DNA of 64,000 nt, taken from contig SUUL01000004.1 in NCBI GenBank assembly GCA_015062545.1, positions 5,881-69,880 on the forward strand. The letters are read 5' to 3'. The notes below the pieces were generated by a model. That model made no database searches. It was not told the DNA's origin and saw only the letters and a program-made list of their open reading frames with translations. Both the position numbers and the translations under genes were made by a program. This stretch comes from Alphaproteobacteria bacterium (GTDB lineage: Bacteria; Pseudomonadota; Alphaproteobacteria; Rs-D84). Below are positions 29,712-39,666 of this stretch, in pieces. Each line of letters starts with the position of its first letter. Position 1 is the first letter of the stretch.

Positions 29712-30548
29712 TTATACCCCTGATTTTTCAAAACGTTGTGGTATTTTTACAACTCGTTTAAGACCAAGCATGCCGGGTTTGTCCCATGCATAAATTGGTC
29801 TGAATATGCGTTGCATAATGCGCGCAATTCGTAACCAGTCTTCGCCATGTGCTGTGCGATTTGATACATCGTTAATTGTGCCGTTGCCACGTCTTTTAAG
29901 ATGGTTGACCCAATCTGGACCACGGGCGGCCGCCTTGGTAATTAACATATTCATATCAACCGCGCCAAAGTGCAACAAGTACAGATTTGGGTCAATGTGA
30001 AAGTTGTGTCCGTGGACACTGTGAAAGCCGCTGCCCCAACGGACAGGACGGTTTAATACAACAGGTTTGGTGTATCGTGTTGATAGCAGGGCATATCTGC
30101 GTTGGGATAAAAATGATTGCGTTTTATCCAGTTCTGATTCATGTATCAGATTTTGACCAACGTCCAGTCCCAGTCCAGATAATGTGGTGTTGATTTTCTT
30201 TGATGACAGGTATTCAGACAGTGATACCCCCAGGGCAGGGTCAACAATTAAAAATTCGTCACAATCACAACCAATAATAATATCGTATTCTTGTAACAAT
30301 TTATTTGCAAGATTTGATATTAAATTAATGCGATATTTGTCGCCCGCGCTGCGCGACATGTCGGTGTGTGGCAATTTAGTTATATGTGCATTACCCGCAT
30401 TTTCGGGGATTTCTTGGTCGGTGCCATCCAGATATATGTACAGATTTTCTGTTCCAATTTCGCCGCCGTAATATTTTATCCAACGAGACAAAAAGAACGT
30501 GTCATTACGTGCCATAGTTATTGCTGCAATGCGTTTTTGTGTTGTCAT
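29712..30548 (-). CDS. glycosyltransferase family 2-like protein
   Basis: TMARND.FFL..W..YYG, DCDEFL, YTKP, GFH, LHFG. Confidence 0.8.
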   Translation of the reverse strand: MTTQKRIAAITMARNDTFFLSRWIKYYGGEIGTENLYIYLDGTDQEIPENAGNAHITKLPHTDMSRSAGDKYRINLISNLANKLLQEYDIIIGCDCDEFLIVDPALGVSLSEYLSSKKINTTLSGLGLDVGQNLIHESELDKTQSFLSQRRYALLSTRYTKPVVLNRPVRWGSGFHSVHGHNFHIDPNLYLLHFGAVDMNMLITKAAARGPDWVNHLKRRGNGTINDVSNRTAHGEDWLRIARIMQRIFRPIYAWDKPGMLGLKRVVKIPQRFEKSGV

Positions 30549-30549
30549 G

Positions 30550-31398
30550 TTATATCCCTTCGATGAATAATTTATAGATTACGTGGTGTATGTTTCTGAA
30601 TAGAATTTTTATCGGGTTATTTGTTAATAACCAATCGATATGTTGTGTGCCGTATGTCGCCCGGGCCGCCGATAAAATGCAGTTGCGGATGTCGGGTGAT
30701 GTGCGATTTAATATATATTTTATCTGTTTGCCCAATGCGCCGTGATTGCGCGTAAAGGCGACTTTTTTAATAAATGGCATGCCTGCACAATAGAACTTTT
30801 TTATTTTATTATAAATACTGCGTCCAGGGGCAATATATAAACAGCCCCATGAAAGTTTGTTTGCTGTGACCAATGCGGATAAACCTTGTTCGTATAGTTG
30901 TGTAATTTCGCCCTTGGATTCCAGTTTCGTTATATCGCGCATAAATTTATCAAACCATGTGGATGTAAATACGTTTGGCTTTAAGCCAACAAACCATGAT
31001 TGAATGTGTGGGTGTGAATGATGGGGGTTGGCAACCATACCAAAAGCATCGTGTCCCAAATTTTCCATTTTTGTCAGATAAGGTTCCAGGTCTTGGAATG
31101 GGCCATACACAGAATCGTTGACCAGATAGAGGTATTCATAATCTGCCAGATTCAGATTTTCGGTTGCCCAGATGTATGCGCGCTTGTAAGAACCAAAATC
31201 ATATTCGCCATGACGTGTGGCAGATGTGTGCACGCACTGTTTCTGAATTTTCGCAAGTTCTGAATCCGGACAATCAGAATCCATTACCAAAACAATATCG
31301 CCCAAATCGGTCAATGCGTTTACATAGTGTTCCAAGGCCGCATCAATGCATCCGTTCTTGTTATAACCTGCAAACAAAAATAATCGCTTGGTCTTCAT
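30550..31398 (-). CDS. rhamnan synthesis F (RgpF)-like protein
   Basis: LFAGY, YDFGSY, LVNDSVYGP, HIQSWF, YEQGLS, PFIKK. Confidence 0.8.
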   Translation of the reverse strand: MKTKRLFLFAGYNKNGCIDAALEHYVNALTDLGDIVLVMDSDCPDSELAKIQKQCVHTSATRHGEYDFGSYKRAYIWATENLNLADYEYLYLVNDSVYGPFQDLEPYLTKMENLGHDAFGMVANPHHSHPHIQSWFVGLKPNVFTSTWFDKFMRDITKLESKGEITQLYEQGLSALVTANKLSWGCLYIAPGRSIYNKIKKFYCAGMPFIKKVAFTRNHGALGKQIKYILNRTSPDIRNCILSAARATYGTQHIDWLLTNNPIKILFRNIHHVIYKLFIEGI

Positions 31399-31456
31399 AT
31401 AATATAATGTACATGTTTTTTTTGACTATTGCAACAAAGGCTTTATAACTAAAAAT

Positions 31457-31480
31457 AACACCCCGTGGTGGGGTGTTGTT
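31457..31480 (-). terminator. terminator after typA
   Basis: AACACCCC-GTGGT-GGGGTGTT with an A-run on the left. Confidence 0.65.
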
Positions 31481-33313
31481 TTATTCTTCGATATGCTTCT
31501 TTAATTTTTTACGTGTGTTACTGTCCAGTTCTTTCTTGCGCAGGCGAATTGTGTCTGGTGTGATTTCAACCAACTCGTCATCCAAAATATATGACAGGGC
31601 TTCTTCCAAAGAAATACGGCGTGGGGGCGCAAGGAATAACTTTTCGTCTGCTGTAACAGAACGCATGTTTGTTAATTCTTTGCCTTTGATTGGGTTGACT
31701 TCCAAATCGTTTTCTTTGCTGTGTTCGCCGATAATCATACCGGAATATACTTCTGTTTGTGGATCAATAAACAATGTGCCACGTGGTTGCAGGTTGAATA
31801 ATGCGTATGTTGCGGCTGCGCCTTTTTCCATGGATACCAATACGCCTGGGCGGTATTGTTGGATTGCACCGCGGTATGTGTCATATTTATCAAATACGCG
31901 GTTCATGATACCTGTGCCACGTGTGTCTGTGCGGAATTCAGATAGGTAACCAATCAAACCACGGGATGGGGCAGAAAATACAATACGTGTTTTGCCACCA
32001 CCGGACGCTTTCATTTCTGTAATTGTTGCCTTGCGTTTAGTCATTTTTTCAATAACAACACCAGAAAATTCATCATCAACGTCAATTACAACGTCTTCGA
32101 TTGGTTCAAGTTTTTCACCGTTTTCGCCATCTTGCATAACAACGCGTGGACGTGATACAGATAACTCAAACCCTTCGCGGCGCATCGTTTCAATTAATAT
32201 CCCCAGTTGTAATTCGCCACGACCAGATACCTCGAACGCTTCGTTGTTTTCGCTTTGTTCAACCTTTAGCGCAATGTTTGTTTCGGCTTCCTTGAATAAT
32301 CTTTCGCCAATCATGCGGGATGTTAATTTCTTGCCCGATTTGCCCGCCAATGGTGATGTGTTTACAAAGAATGTCATTGTCAGGGTTGGTGGGTCAATGG
32401 GCATTGCGGGAATTGGTTCTGTAACCTCGGGCGCACACAAGGTGTCTGCCACGGTTGCCTTGGAAAAGCCCGCAACAACAACAATGTCGCCGGCAGATGC
32501 GGTGTCGCGGGAAATCTTTTCAATGCCGCGATGTTCAATGATTTTTGTTATCTTGGCATTTTCAATAAATTCACCATTACGGTTAATTGCCTTGACCGAT
32601 TGGCCAACACGAACTGTGCCAGATTCAATTTTACCTGTTAAAATACGACCAACGTATGGGTCTGCCTCTAGTGTTGTGGCCAACATTGTGAATGGGGCAT
32701 CCAGTTGGCAGCGACTGCCGTTGCAATCTGGGGCAGGTACATGGTCAACTATTAACTGGAATAATGGGGTCAGGTCTTTGCGTTCATCATTCAAATCGCG
32801 CACCGCCCAACCATCACGACCAACAGAATATAAATATGGGAAGTCCAACTGGGAATCTGTTGCACCCAGTTTATCAAACAGGTCAAACGTTTCTGTTAAA
32901 ACTTCGTCAGGGCGTGCATCTGCGCGGTCAACTTTGTTGATGCAAACGATTGGGCGCAATCCCAATTTTAATGCCTTGGATAATACAAACTTGGTTTGGG
33001 GCAGTGGACCTTCGGCACTGTCAACCAACAATACAACACCATCAACCATGGATAATATACGTTCAACTTCGCCACCAAAGTCTGCGTGGCCAGGTGTGTC
33101 AACGATGTTAATCTTGTATTCGCCCCACTGAATAGATGTGGGTTTTGCGGAAATTGTAATGCCACGCTCGCGTTCAATGTCGCCGCTGTCCATAACGCGG
33201 TCGTCAATGCGTTCGTTGTCGCGGAATGTTCCTGCCTGTTTTAACATATTGTCAACCAATGTGGTTTTGCCGTGGTCAACGTGTGCAATAATTGCGATAT
33301 TGCGAATTTTCAT
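31481..33313 (-). CDS. typA: translational GTPase TypA/BipA
   Basis: IAHVDHGKTT, ERERGITI, DTPGHADFGGEVER, GRGELQL, EITPDTIRLRK. Confidence 0.98.
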   Translation of the reverse strand: MKIRNIAIIAHVDHGKTTLVDNMLKQAGTFRDNERIDDRVMDSGDIERERGITISAKPTSIQWGEYKINIVDTPGHADFGGEVERILSMVDGVVLLVDSAEGPLPQTKFVLSKALKLGLRPIVCINKVDRADARPDEVLTETFDLFDKLGATDSQLDFPYLYSVGRDGWAVRDLNDERKDLTPLFQLIVDHVPAPDCNGSRCQLDAPFTMLATTLEADPYVGRILTGKIESGTVRVGQSVKAINRNGEFIENAKITKIIEHRGIEKISRDTASAGDIVVVAGFSKATVADTLCAPEVTEPIPAMPIDPPTLTMTFFVNTSPLAGKSGKKLTSRMIGERLFKEAETNIALKVEQSENNEAFEVSGRGELQLGILIETMRREGFELSVSRPRVVMQDGENGEKLEPIEDVVIDVDDEFSGVVIEKMTKRKATITEMKASGGGKTRIVFSAPSRGLIGYLSEFRTDTRGTGIMNRVFDKYDTYRGAIQQYRPGVLVSMEKGAAATYALFNLQPRGTLFIDPQTEVYSGMIIGEHSKENDLEVNPIKGKELTNMRSVTADEKLFLAPPRRISLEEALSYILDDELVEITPDTIRLRKKELDSNTRKKLKKHIEE

Positions 33314-33466
33314 GTTTTTGCCCCATATTTGTGTTTAATCGGGTACAGGGTATACCTAAAAATTCTTATTTTCAATATTTTTTATGTTCTGGGATTGACA
33401 TTTGGCCGAATTTGTCTATATTTAGATATGTGTGTTGAGTGTAATGATGAACCAAAGGAGGTTATA

Positions 33467-34027
33467 GTGACACCAGTGATATTGGATAGAGATGCTATTT
33501 ATGGCGCGATTAAAAGCGCGTTTAGTGAATTTTATAATTTGGCGCGTATCGGATTGAGAAAGCGTTGGAAATCTTTGACACCGGTTGAACGTGCGCAGGC
33601 GGCGCGCAGTTTGGTCTTTATGAAAGAATTGGCGACAAATCCTGCAAAATATTTTTCGCGCGCGAATACTGGGGCGGCATGGGTAAAACGTGCAAATGAT
33701 TTTGCAGAGCAGCATAATATTGTGCCTGCGAATATGCATCATGCATATTACATCGTTCATGGTCCAAAAGAAATTGTTGCAGAAAAAGCACGTGCAGCCT
33801 GGATTTATAATGCAGATATTGCCAATATGTTTTACAGATTTTGTAAGATGGTTCAGGATTGGGAATATAAGCGCACATCCCCAGAAGATAAAGAGTTTTT
33901 TGAGGCAAAGCGGGTTGCAGAAGATATTGTTAATGCATCAAAAAGATATACGGCATTCCGCAAAACAGAAGAACCAAGTAAAGTGCAGACATGGTTGCAA
34001 AAAAATATGAAATGCTTGGTAAAATAA
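33467..34027 (+). CDS. hypothetical protein
   Basis: GGAGG RBS before GTG 33467; TTGACA-N16-TATATT promoter-like at 33395-33422; terminator follows. Confidence 0.6.
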   Translation: MTPVILDRDAIYGAIKSAFSEFYNLARIGLRKRWKSLTPVERAQAARSLVFMKELATNPAKYFSRANTGAAWVKRANDFAEQHNIVPANMHHAYYIVHGPKEIVAEKARAAWIYNADIANMFYRFCKMVQDWEYKRTSPEDKEFFEAKRVAEDIVNASKRYTAFRKTEEPSKVQTWLQKNMKCLVK

Positions 34028-34032
34028 AGAAA

Positions 34033-34058
34033 GACCGCCATTTGGCGGTTCTTTTTTT
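34033..34058. terminator. bidirectional terminator
   Basis: ACCGCC-ATTT-GGCGGT-TCTTTTTTT. Confidence 0.8.
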
Positions 34059-34959
34059 AAGCCCTGGAATTTAAGAATGCAATCGCATCCATTCCCGCAG
34101 TGCATCCTGTGCCGACCGCGGTTGCAATTTGCATCTTTAGTTCGCTGTGAACGTCACCTGCAACAAACATTCCGGCGGGCAGGGCAGTTGGTGCCAGACG
34201 ACCCATGCCGTCACGTTTTATGTTTTCGGTTAAGTAATCTGTGTTGGCTTCGTGGCCGATTGCAACAAATACGCCATCTGCAACTATTTCGTTTCCGTCA
34301 GTTGTTGTGACAATTAATTCGCCGTCTGCGGAATCTGGTTTTGGTGCGATTTTTGCCAGGTCTGTGTTGAATAAACATTCAATGTTTTTACGCGCTGCAA
34401 CGCGTTCGCGCAGGATCGCTTCGGCGCGGAAAAATTCGGATTTACGATATATGATTTTTACAGTTTTTGCCAAGTCTGCCAAATATAATGCATCGTTTAA
34501 TGCGCTGTTGCCACCGCCCATAACGATAACTGTTTTGCCGCTGTAGAAAAAGCCATCGCAGGTTGCGCAATATGAAACGCCACGCCCCATTAATTCACGC
34601 GCCCCTTCGATGTCCAGTTTGCGTGGGGATGCACCCGTTGCAATAATAAGTGTTTTTCCGGTATATTCTTGGCCATTGTCGCAATTTACGGTAAAACCAT
34701 TATCTGCATCGCCAGATATGTTTTTTGCAGATGTAAATTTTACGATTGCACCAAATGTTTCACATTGTTTCTTCATAAATTCGGCCAGTTCCATGCCGCT
34801 GCCCGCCCAACCAGGATAGTTTTCAAGGACGGCAATACCCGCCATTTGACCGCCCAAACGGTCGCCACCCAAGACCAATGTTTTCTTGTTCGCGCGTGCC
34901 GCATACAATGCCGCCGTTAGACCTGCGGGGCCAGAACCTAAAATAATAACGTCATACAT
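34057..34959 (-). CDS. trxB: thioredoxin reductase
   Basis: GSGPAG, GVSYCATCDG, GGGNSA, FVAIGH, FVAGD. Confidence 0.93.
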   Translation of the reverse strand: MYDVIILGSGPAGLTAALYAARANKKTLVLGGDRLGGQMAGIAVLENYPGWAGSGMELAEFMKKQCETFGAIVKFTSAKNISGDADNGFTVNCDNGQEYTGKTLIIATGASPRKLDIEGARELMGRGVSYCATCDGFFYSGKTVIVMGGGNSALNDALYLADLAKTVKIIYRKSEFFRAEAILRERVAARKNIECLFNTDLAKIAPKPDSADGELIVTTTDGNEIVADGVFVAIGHEANTDYLTENIKRDGMGRLAPTALPAGMFVAGDVHSELKMQIATAVGTGCTAGMDAIAFLNSRA

Positions 34960-35042
34960 AATAGTAATACCTTCCTTGATAGACTTTGTTCTGGCATACC
35001 ATACACAAAACGATATGATTATGCAAATGAAATCGGAATTTA

Positions 35043-35071
35043 TTGCATTGTCATAAAAATTGTTTTATAAT
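35043..35071 (+). promoter_or_regulatory. sigma70 promoter of serS
   Basis: TTGCAT-N17-TATAAT. Confidence 0.7.
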
Positions 35072-35080
35072 CAAGTTGAT

Positions 35081-35134
35081 ATGTGTAATCAAATTGTATT
35101 TTTTAGTCGCAGTTCATCCCCGTTTGGGGTGTAG
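35081..35134 (+). CDS. putative Ser-rich leader peptide MCNQIVFFSRSSSPFGV
   Basis: 17-codon ORF starting about 10 nt after the -10 box; 4 Ser in 5 codons (AGT CGC AGT TCA TCC); overlaps hairpin 35115-35131 plus T-run; upstream of serS. Confidence 0.55.
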   Translation: MCNQIVFFSRSSSPFGV

Positions 35135-35214
35135 TTTTTCGTATATTCATTTTCTTTACAAGAAATCTAAACTGTTATAAGATATAATCCAAATAAATCA
35201 AAAAGGTATATATT

Positions 35215-36492
35215 ATGTTGGATATGAAATTTATTCGTGAAAATCCAGATGTTGTTAAAAAGGCTTGTGAATTAAAAGGCTATGAAAACAGGGTGGATGA
35301 AATATTGGCGTTGGATATGCGTGTTCGTGAATTGAAGACAATCACACAATCTAAGACTGCTGAAAAAAATAAAATTACACGTGAAATACCAACTGCAACA
35401 GACAAAGCACCCTTGATTGCACGCAGCAAGGAAATTAATGCAGAGATTGCGGCGGATATGGCAGAACTGGCGGAAAAAGAAGACATGTTGCATGACTTGC
35501 TGTTGCGTACACCCCAGATTCCATCCGCGGATGCGCCAGTTGGCAAAGATGATACGGAAAATGTAGAGGTTAGACGTGTCGGTGTCCCGCGTGAATTTGA
35601 CTTTACACCACGGCCACAATGGGAATTGTTGGAAATGAATGGTTGGTGGAAAAATGATAAAATTGCATCAATTTGTGGCGCACGTACGTATGCCTTGTTT
35701 GGCGAAGCCGCAGAATTAGAATTGGCAATTCAGACATACGTGTTACAGAAATTAATGGCCAAAGGATTTACATTTGTAAACTGTCCGTCTATTACAAAAC
35801 CACAGACTATATTTAATGCGGGACATTTTATGGGGGCAGATTTGTCGGTTATGAATAATGATGTGTTTATGCTGACAGATACAGACAGATGTTTGGCAGG
35901 TACGGCGGAAATTGTATTGAATTCATTACACGCAGACGAAGTTTTGAATGAAAAAGATTTGCCAATTAAGTATGCGGGTTATTCGCCATGTTTCCGTAAA
36001 GAAGCAGGGGCGGCAGGGCGCGACACCCGCGGAATCGTGCGCATACATCAATTTAACAAGGTGGAACAATATATCTTTTGTACGCCAGAACAGTCTGATG
36101 AAATGCATGAACATTTGTTGAATAATCTGTGTGAAGTGATGGAAGATTTGGAACTGCCGTATCGTGTTATTGCGGCATGCACAGGCGATATGGGATTTAA
36201 CAAAGTGAAGATGCATGACGTGGAAGCGTGGTTCCCCAGTGAAAATACATATCGTGAATTGGGGTCTTGTTCGTCAATTGGACAATTCCAAGCGCGCCGT
36301 ACAAACACGCGTTTCCGCGACAAAGATGGAAATATGCAATTTTGTGCAACATTGAATAACACAGGGATTGCGTTGCCACGCGCCATCGTTCCTGTAATTG
36401 AAAATCATCAAAACCCAGATGGTTCTGTGAATATTCCTAAGAAATTACAGGCGTTAATGGGTGGGCGTACAAAAATTGGTGGCAAGCACTAA
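35215..36492 (+). CDS. serS: seryl-tRNA synthetase
   Basis: MLDMKFIREN, GTAE, CFRKEAG...RGIVRIHQFNKVE, TLNNTG. Confidence 0.97.
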   Translation: MLDMKFIRENPDVVKKACELKGYENRVDEILALDMRVRELKTITQSKTAEKNKITREIPTATDKAPLIARSKEINAEIAADMAELAEKEDMLHDLLLRTPQIPSADAPVGKDDTENVEVRRVGVPREFDFTPRPQWELLEMNGWWKNDKIASICGARTYALFGEAAELELAIQTYVLQKLMAKGFTFVNCPSITKPQTIFNAGHFMGADLSVMNNDVFMLTDTDRCLAGTAEIVLNSLHADEVLNEKDLPIKYAGYSPCFRKEAGAAGRDTRGIVRIHQFNKVEQYIFCTPEQSDEMHEHLLNNLCEVMEDLELPYRVIAACTGDMGFNKVKMHDVEAWFPSENTYRELGSCSSIGQFQARRTNTRFRDKDGNMQFCATLNNTGIALPRAIVPVIENHQNPDGSVNIPKKLQALMGGRTKIGGKH

Positions 36493-36497
36493 AATAT

Positions 36498-36527
36498 AAA
36501 CCGGCATTTGCCGGTTTCTATTTTTTT
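36498..36527. terminator. bidirectional terminator
   Basis: AAACCGGC-ATTT-GCCGGTTT. Confidence 0.8.
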
Positions 36528-37021
36528 CCAAAATGTTTTTTTAATATTTCGTATGCAGCAGAAATTCTTGCAAATTGGGTTGCTGCATTTTTCTTGTCGG
36601 TTGCGGTGTCGGGGTGGTATTGTTTTGCCAATGCGCGGTATTTTGCGCCAACTTCGCGCCATGTGGCAGATATCCCCAGGCCAAATACTTTCAAAGAAGA
36701 CACAACATTTGTTGGTAATTTGCTTTTTGCTGGAATTCGGTCAAATTTACTGCGGCCAGTGATAAAATCGTTGATGAATTTTGCGTAATCTGTTGCATCG
36801 GCATTGGCATCGTCTTTGTCTTTTAATGGCGCACCAAATGTTTGGCGTTCCCAATCTGCTTCGATTTCTTCTGGGGTCATGTCAGCATAGAAATTCCAGT
36901 TCTTGTTATATTCTGCGGCATGTTCCTGACAGAAAAACCAATAATCACGCAAATCACGTGATTTCGGGGCGCGGCATGTGCCGGCCTTGGTGCAACCTGG
37001 TTTGTCACATTTTTTTATCAT
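36518..37021 (-). CDS. J-domain protein (alphaproteobacterial type)
   Basis: N-terminal CDKPGC...RAPKS...FCQEHAAEYNKNWNF; C-terminal YHPD J-domain. Confidence 0.88.
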   Translation of the reverse strand: MIKKCDKPGCTKAGTCRAPKSRDLRDYWFFCQEHAAEYNKNWNFYADMTPEEIEADWERQTFGAPLKDKDDANADATDYAKFINDFITGRSKFDRIPAKSKLPTNVVSSLKVFGLGISATWREVGAKYRALAKQYHPDTATDKKNAATQFARISAAYEILKKHFGKK

Positions 37022-37025
37022 TTTT

Positions 37026-37886
37026 TTATATACCTTTCTTGTTCGATAATGGATGATGATTTGTTATCGTTTCTTTTAATTTTTCTGGCATTACATGGGT
37101 GTAGATTTGTGTTGTTGATATATCTTCGTGTCCCAACATCGTTTGTATTGCACGCAGGTTTGCGCCGCCCGCCAATAAGTGTGATGCAAAGGAATGACGC
37201 AAGACGTGGGGCGATACGCGTTTTGGGTCAATGCCAGATAAAACTGCACATTTTTTTATTAGTTTGAAAAATGCGTCACGTGTTATGTGACCGGTTTTGC
37301 CACGGGATGGAAATACGTACTTTGAATCAATGTCGCCACGTGCATCCAACCATTTATTTAATGCATGAATTGCAGCATCGTGCATCGGCACCAGGCGTTC
37401 TTTTGCGCCCTTGCCATGAATTAATAATTTGTTCCCCAGTATGCCTGTCATGGGTAATTCGCACAATTCTGATATGCGCAAGCCCGATGCGTAAAGTAAT
37501 TCAATCATGGCACGCAGACGGGTTGCAGTTTTTATGTCGCCAGCACTGGATATTAATAATTCAATTTCGTGTGGTGACAAGAATTTAGGTAAATTGTGTT
37601 CGCGTTTGGGTAATTCCAGATTAGTTGTTGGATTTTGTGTAATAATTTTCTCTAGCATCAAAAATTTATAAAATCCACGCAGTGCAGATGCTTTGCGCGC
37701 AATAGATGATGGTTTGTCCGGCAGGTTGGACAGATAATTTTGTATGTCTGTGGCGGTTGCGTTCATTAACCCGACAGGTATGGCTTCGTTCGCCAAGCGC
37801 AAGTCTGATTCATAGCTGGTTAATGTTTTGTTGCTGCATCCTTTTTCCGCGACAAGTGCTTCAAGAAATATGTCTATATAGTTCAT
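37026..37886 (-). CDS. xerD: tyrosine recombinase XerD
   Basis: LLYASGLRISEL, GKGAKER, SPHVLRHSFASHLL, LGHEDISTTQIYTHV. Confidence 0.88.
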   Translation of the reverse strand: MNYIDIFLEALVAEKGCSNKTLTSYESDLRLANEAIPVGLMNATATDIQNYLSNLPDKPSSIARKASALRGFYKFLMLEKIITQNPTTNLELPKREHNLPKFLSPHEIELLISSAGDIKTATRLRAMIELLYASGLRISELCELPMTGILGNKLLIHGKGAKERLVPMHDAAIHALNKWLDARGDIDSKYVFPSRGKTGHITRDAFFKLIKKCAVLSGIDPKRVSPHVLRHSFASHLLAGGANLRAIQTMLGHEDISTTQIYTHVMPEKLKETITNHHPLSNKKGI

Positions 37887-38017
37887 GGGTACACCACAAT
37901 TTCTGTCATGTGTTGGGCAGGCGGAAATGATATAATCATTAATATGATGATGGCAATGCATAAGGCCCATAATAAAAATTTGCGGAATGTTGGATTTTTC
38001 TTCTTTTTAATAGGCAT
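37883..38017 (-). CDS. small membrane protein (44 aa), below the ORF-track cutoff
   Basis: MPIKKKKNPTFRKFLLWALCIAIIILMIISFPPAQHMTEIVVYP; stop overlaps the xerD start (ATGA). Confidence 0.65.
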   Translation of the reverse strand: MPIKKKKNPTFRKFLLWALCIAIIILMIISFPPAQHMTEIVVYP

Positions 38018-38043
38018 AATGTTCACCTTTGGCTGTTGTGGTG

Positions 38044-39102
38044 TTAAATCGTGTCAAAACTGGTGATAAATGTGCCGGCAGCCGCAATGATAATCAGTGG
38101 CGGTGCAATAATGGCCAATATTGGTGGCAGTGTACCCGTTGCGCCCAATGCGTTGAACATGTTTACAATAAAGTACAATGCAAAGCATGTTATAATACCC
38201 AGACTAAATTTTGTGCCAAAATTGTAGTTGCGCCGTTGTTTCGTTTGAGAAAACGCAACACCCAACATGGCCATGGCAATCATGGTTAATGGTAAAAACA
38301 GCAGGGTCCAAAACTGTACCAAATGACCGCGTACAGGGGCACCAATAGATTCCATTTTGCGGATAAATTGTGGTAATTGCCAAAATGATATTTGATCTGG
38401 TTGAAGATATCTGTCCAAAATCGTTTGTGGGGTCAACAGGGTGTCTGTGGACCAGTCGGATTTTTTCATCGTGCCATCAGCCAACCAGATGTTCGCATCT
38501 GTGGCGGTTATTTTTTTGTCGGACAATATAACGTTTTGTGCGTTGACACGTTCTTTTAATCTGAACTGTGTATCTTGGGTGTATATGGATACATTTTCAA
38601 ATATCAATGTGTCAGGAGTGTTATGAACGTCAGATGCCTGCATGGTGATAAACCCGCTGTCCGAAGATTCACGCAACCATATCTTGTTATCAATTAATTG
38701 TAAATTGTCCGATGTAATTGCCTGGGTGCTGATGCTGACCGAATATGGATTAATAACCGTTGTGGCAAATGCGCCAATCAAAAATGCACCAATCAAAAAT
38801 GGACGTGTGGCTTGAAAGGGAGATAGGCCCGCACCCGATATAATAATATTCTCGCTGGATTTGGTAAGATTATAAGATGTTAATAATGTTCCCATAAATA
38901 CCGCCAATGGTAAAAACAAGGGAACATATTCCAATAATCTGATCCAGGAATCACGCAATGCTGCAACCGCATGTGAATTAGACGGCAGACGTTCTACGAA
39001 TGTAACCGCCAAAATAATTCCACATACAATCAACATAACAAGACCAACGCCGGAAAAAAATCGGCGTAATAGGAATTTGTTCAAGATACGTGACCTGGAC
39101 AT
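38044..39102 (-). CDS. lptG: LptF/LptG family LPS export permease
   Basis: 3+3 TM layout, SSENIIISGAGLS, IWLRE, SFWQLP. Confidence 0.8.
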   Translation of the reverse strand: MSRSRILNKFLLRRFFSGVGLVMLIVCGIILAVTFVERLPSNSHAVAALRDSWIRLLEYVPLFLPLAVFMGTLLTSYNLTKSSENIIISGAGLSPFQATRPFLIGAFLIGAFATTVINPYSVSISTQAITSDNLQLIDNKIWLRESSDSGFITMQASDVHNTPDTLIFENVSIYTQDTQFRLKERVNAQNVILSDKKITATDANIWLADGTMKKSDWSTDTLLTPQTILDRYLQPDQISFWQLPQFIRKMESIGAPVRGHLVQFWTLLFLPLTMIAMAMLGVAFSQTKQRRNYNFGTKFSLGIITCFALYFIVNMFNALGATGTLPPILAIIAPPLIIIAAAGTFITSFDTI

Positions 39103-39192
39103 ATTAAATAAGTATAACTTGTTTATTTGATATTTGCAAAATTAAAATGAATGCGTATAATTTCCACAGATAAATATAACAGGATGACAAAA

Positions 39193-39663
39193 ATGGAAAA
39201 GAAACCAATTTCCCGTGATGGGTTTGATAAGTTGCTGAAAGAACTGAAAGATTTGAAAGAAAATCAGCGACCGGAAATTTTGAAAACTGTCCAGTGGGCG
39301 CGTTCTTTGGGGGATTTGTCCGAAAACGCAGATTACAGTGCTGCACGTGAAAAACAACGTCAGATTGATAATCGTATTCGTTTTATCGAAGGAATTATTG
39401 AAAATGCAGCGGTTATTGATATTGATTCCTTGTCTGGGAATAGGGTGGTTTTTGGCGCGCGTGTGGTCGCAGAAGATGAAGATGGTAATAAAATGCAATG
39501 CAGAATTTTGTCTGATATAGAATCGGACGGACGGACGGTTATTTCGTGTACGTCACCTGTTGGGCGCGCAATGATTGGCAGATGTGTCGGGGATACTTGT
39601 ATCGTCAAATTGCCCGGTGGTGAAAAAGAATATGAAATATTGGAAGTAAAATTCAAAGAGTAA
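39193..39663 (+). CDS. greA: transcription elongation factor GreA
   Basis: GDLSENADYSAARE, ISCTSPVGRA. Confidence 0.93.
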   Translation: MEKKPISRDGFDKLLKELKDLKENQRPEILKTVQWARSLGDLSENADYSAAREKQRQIDNRIRFIEGIIENAAVIDIDSLSGNRVVFGARVVAEDEDGNKMQCRILSDIESDGRTVISCTSPVGRAMIGRCVGDTCIVKLPGGEKEYEILEVKFKE

Positions 39664-39666
39664 TTT

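Noticed and set aside
31992-33131. 379-aa + strand ORF
   Set aside because: Antisense shadow of typA; the same applies to 24176-25309 opposite addB and most short ORFs in the track.
37026-37886. Prophage or island integrase
   Set aside because: Length, motifs and housekeeping context match XerD; no phage genes nearby.
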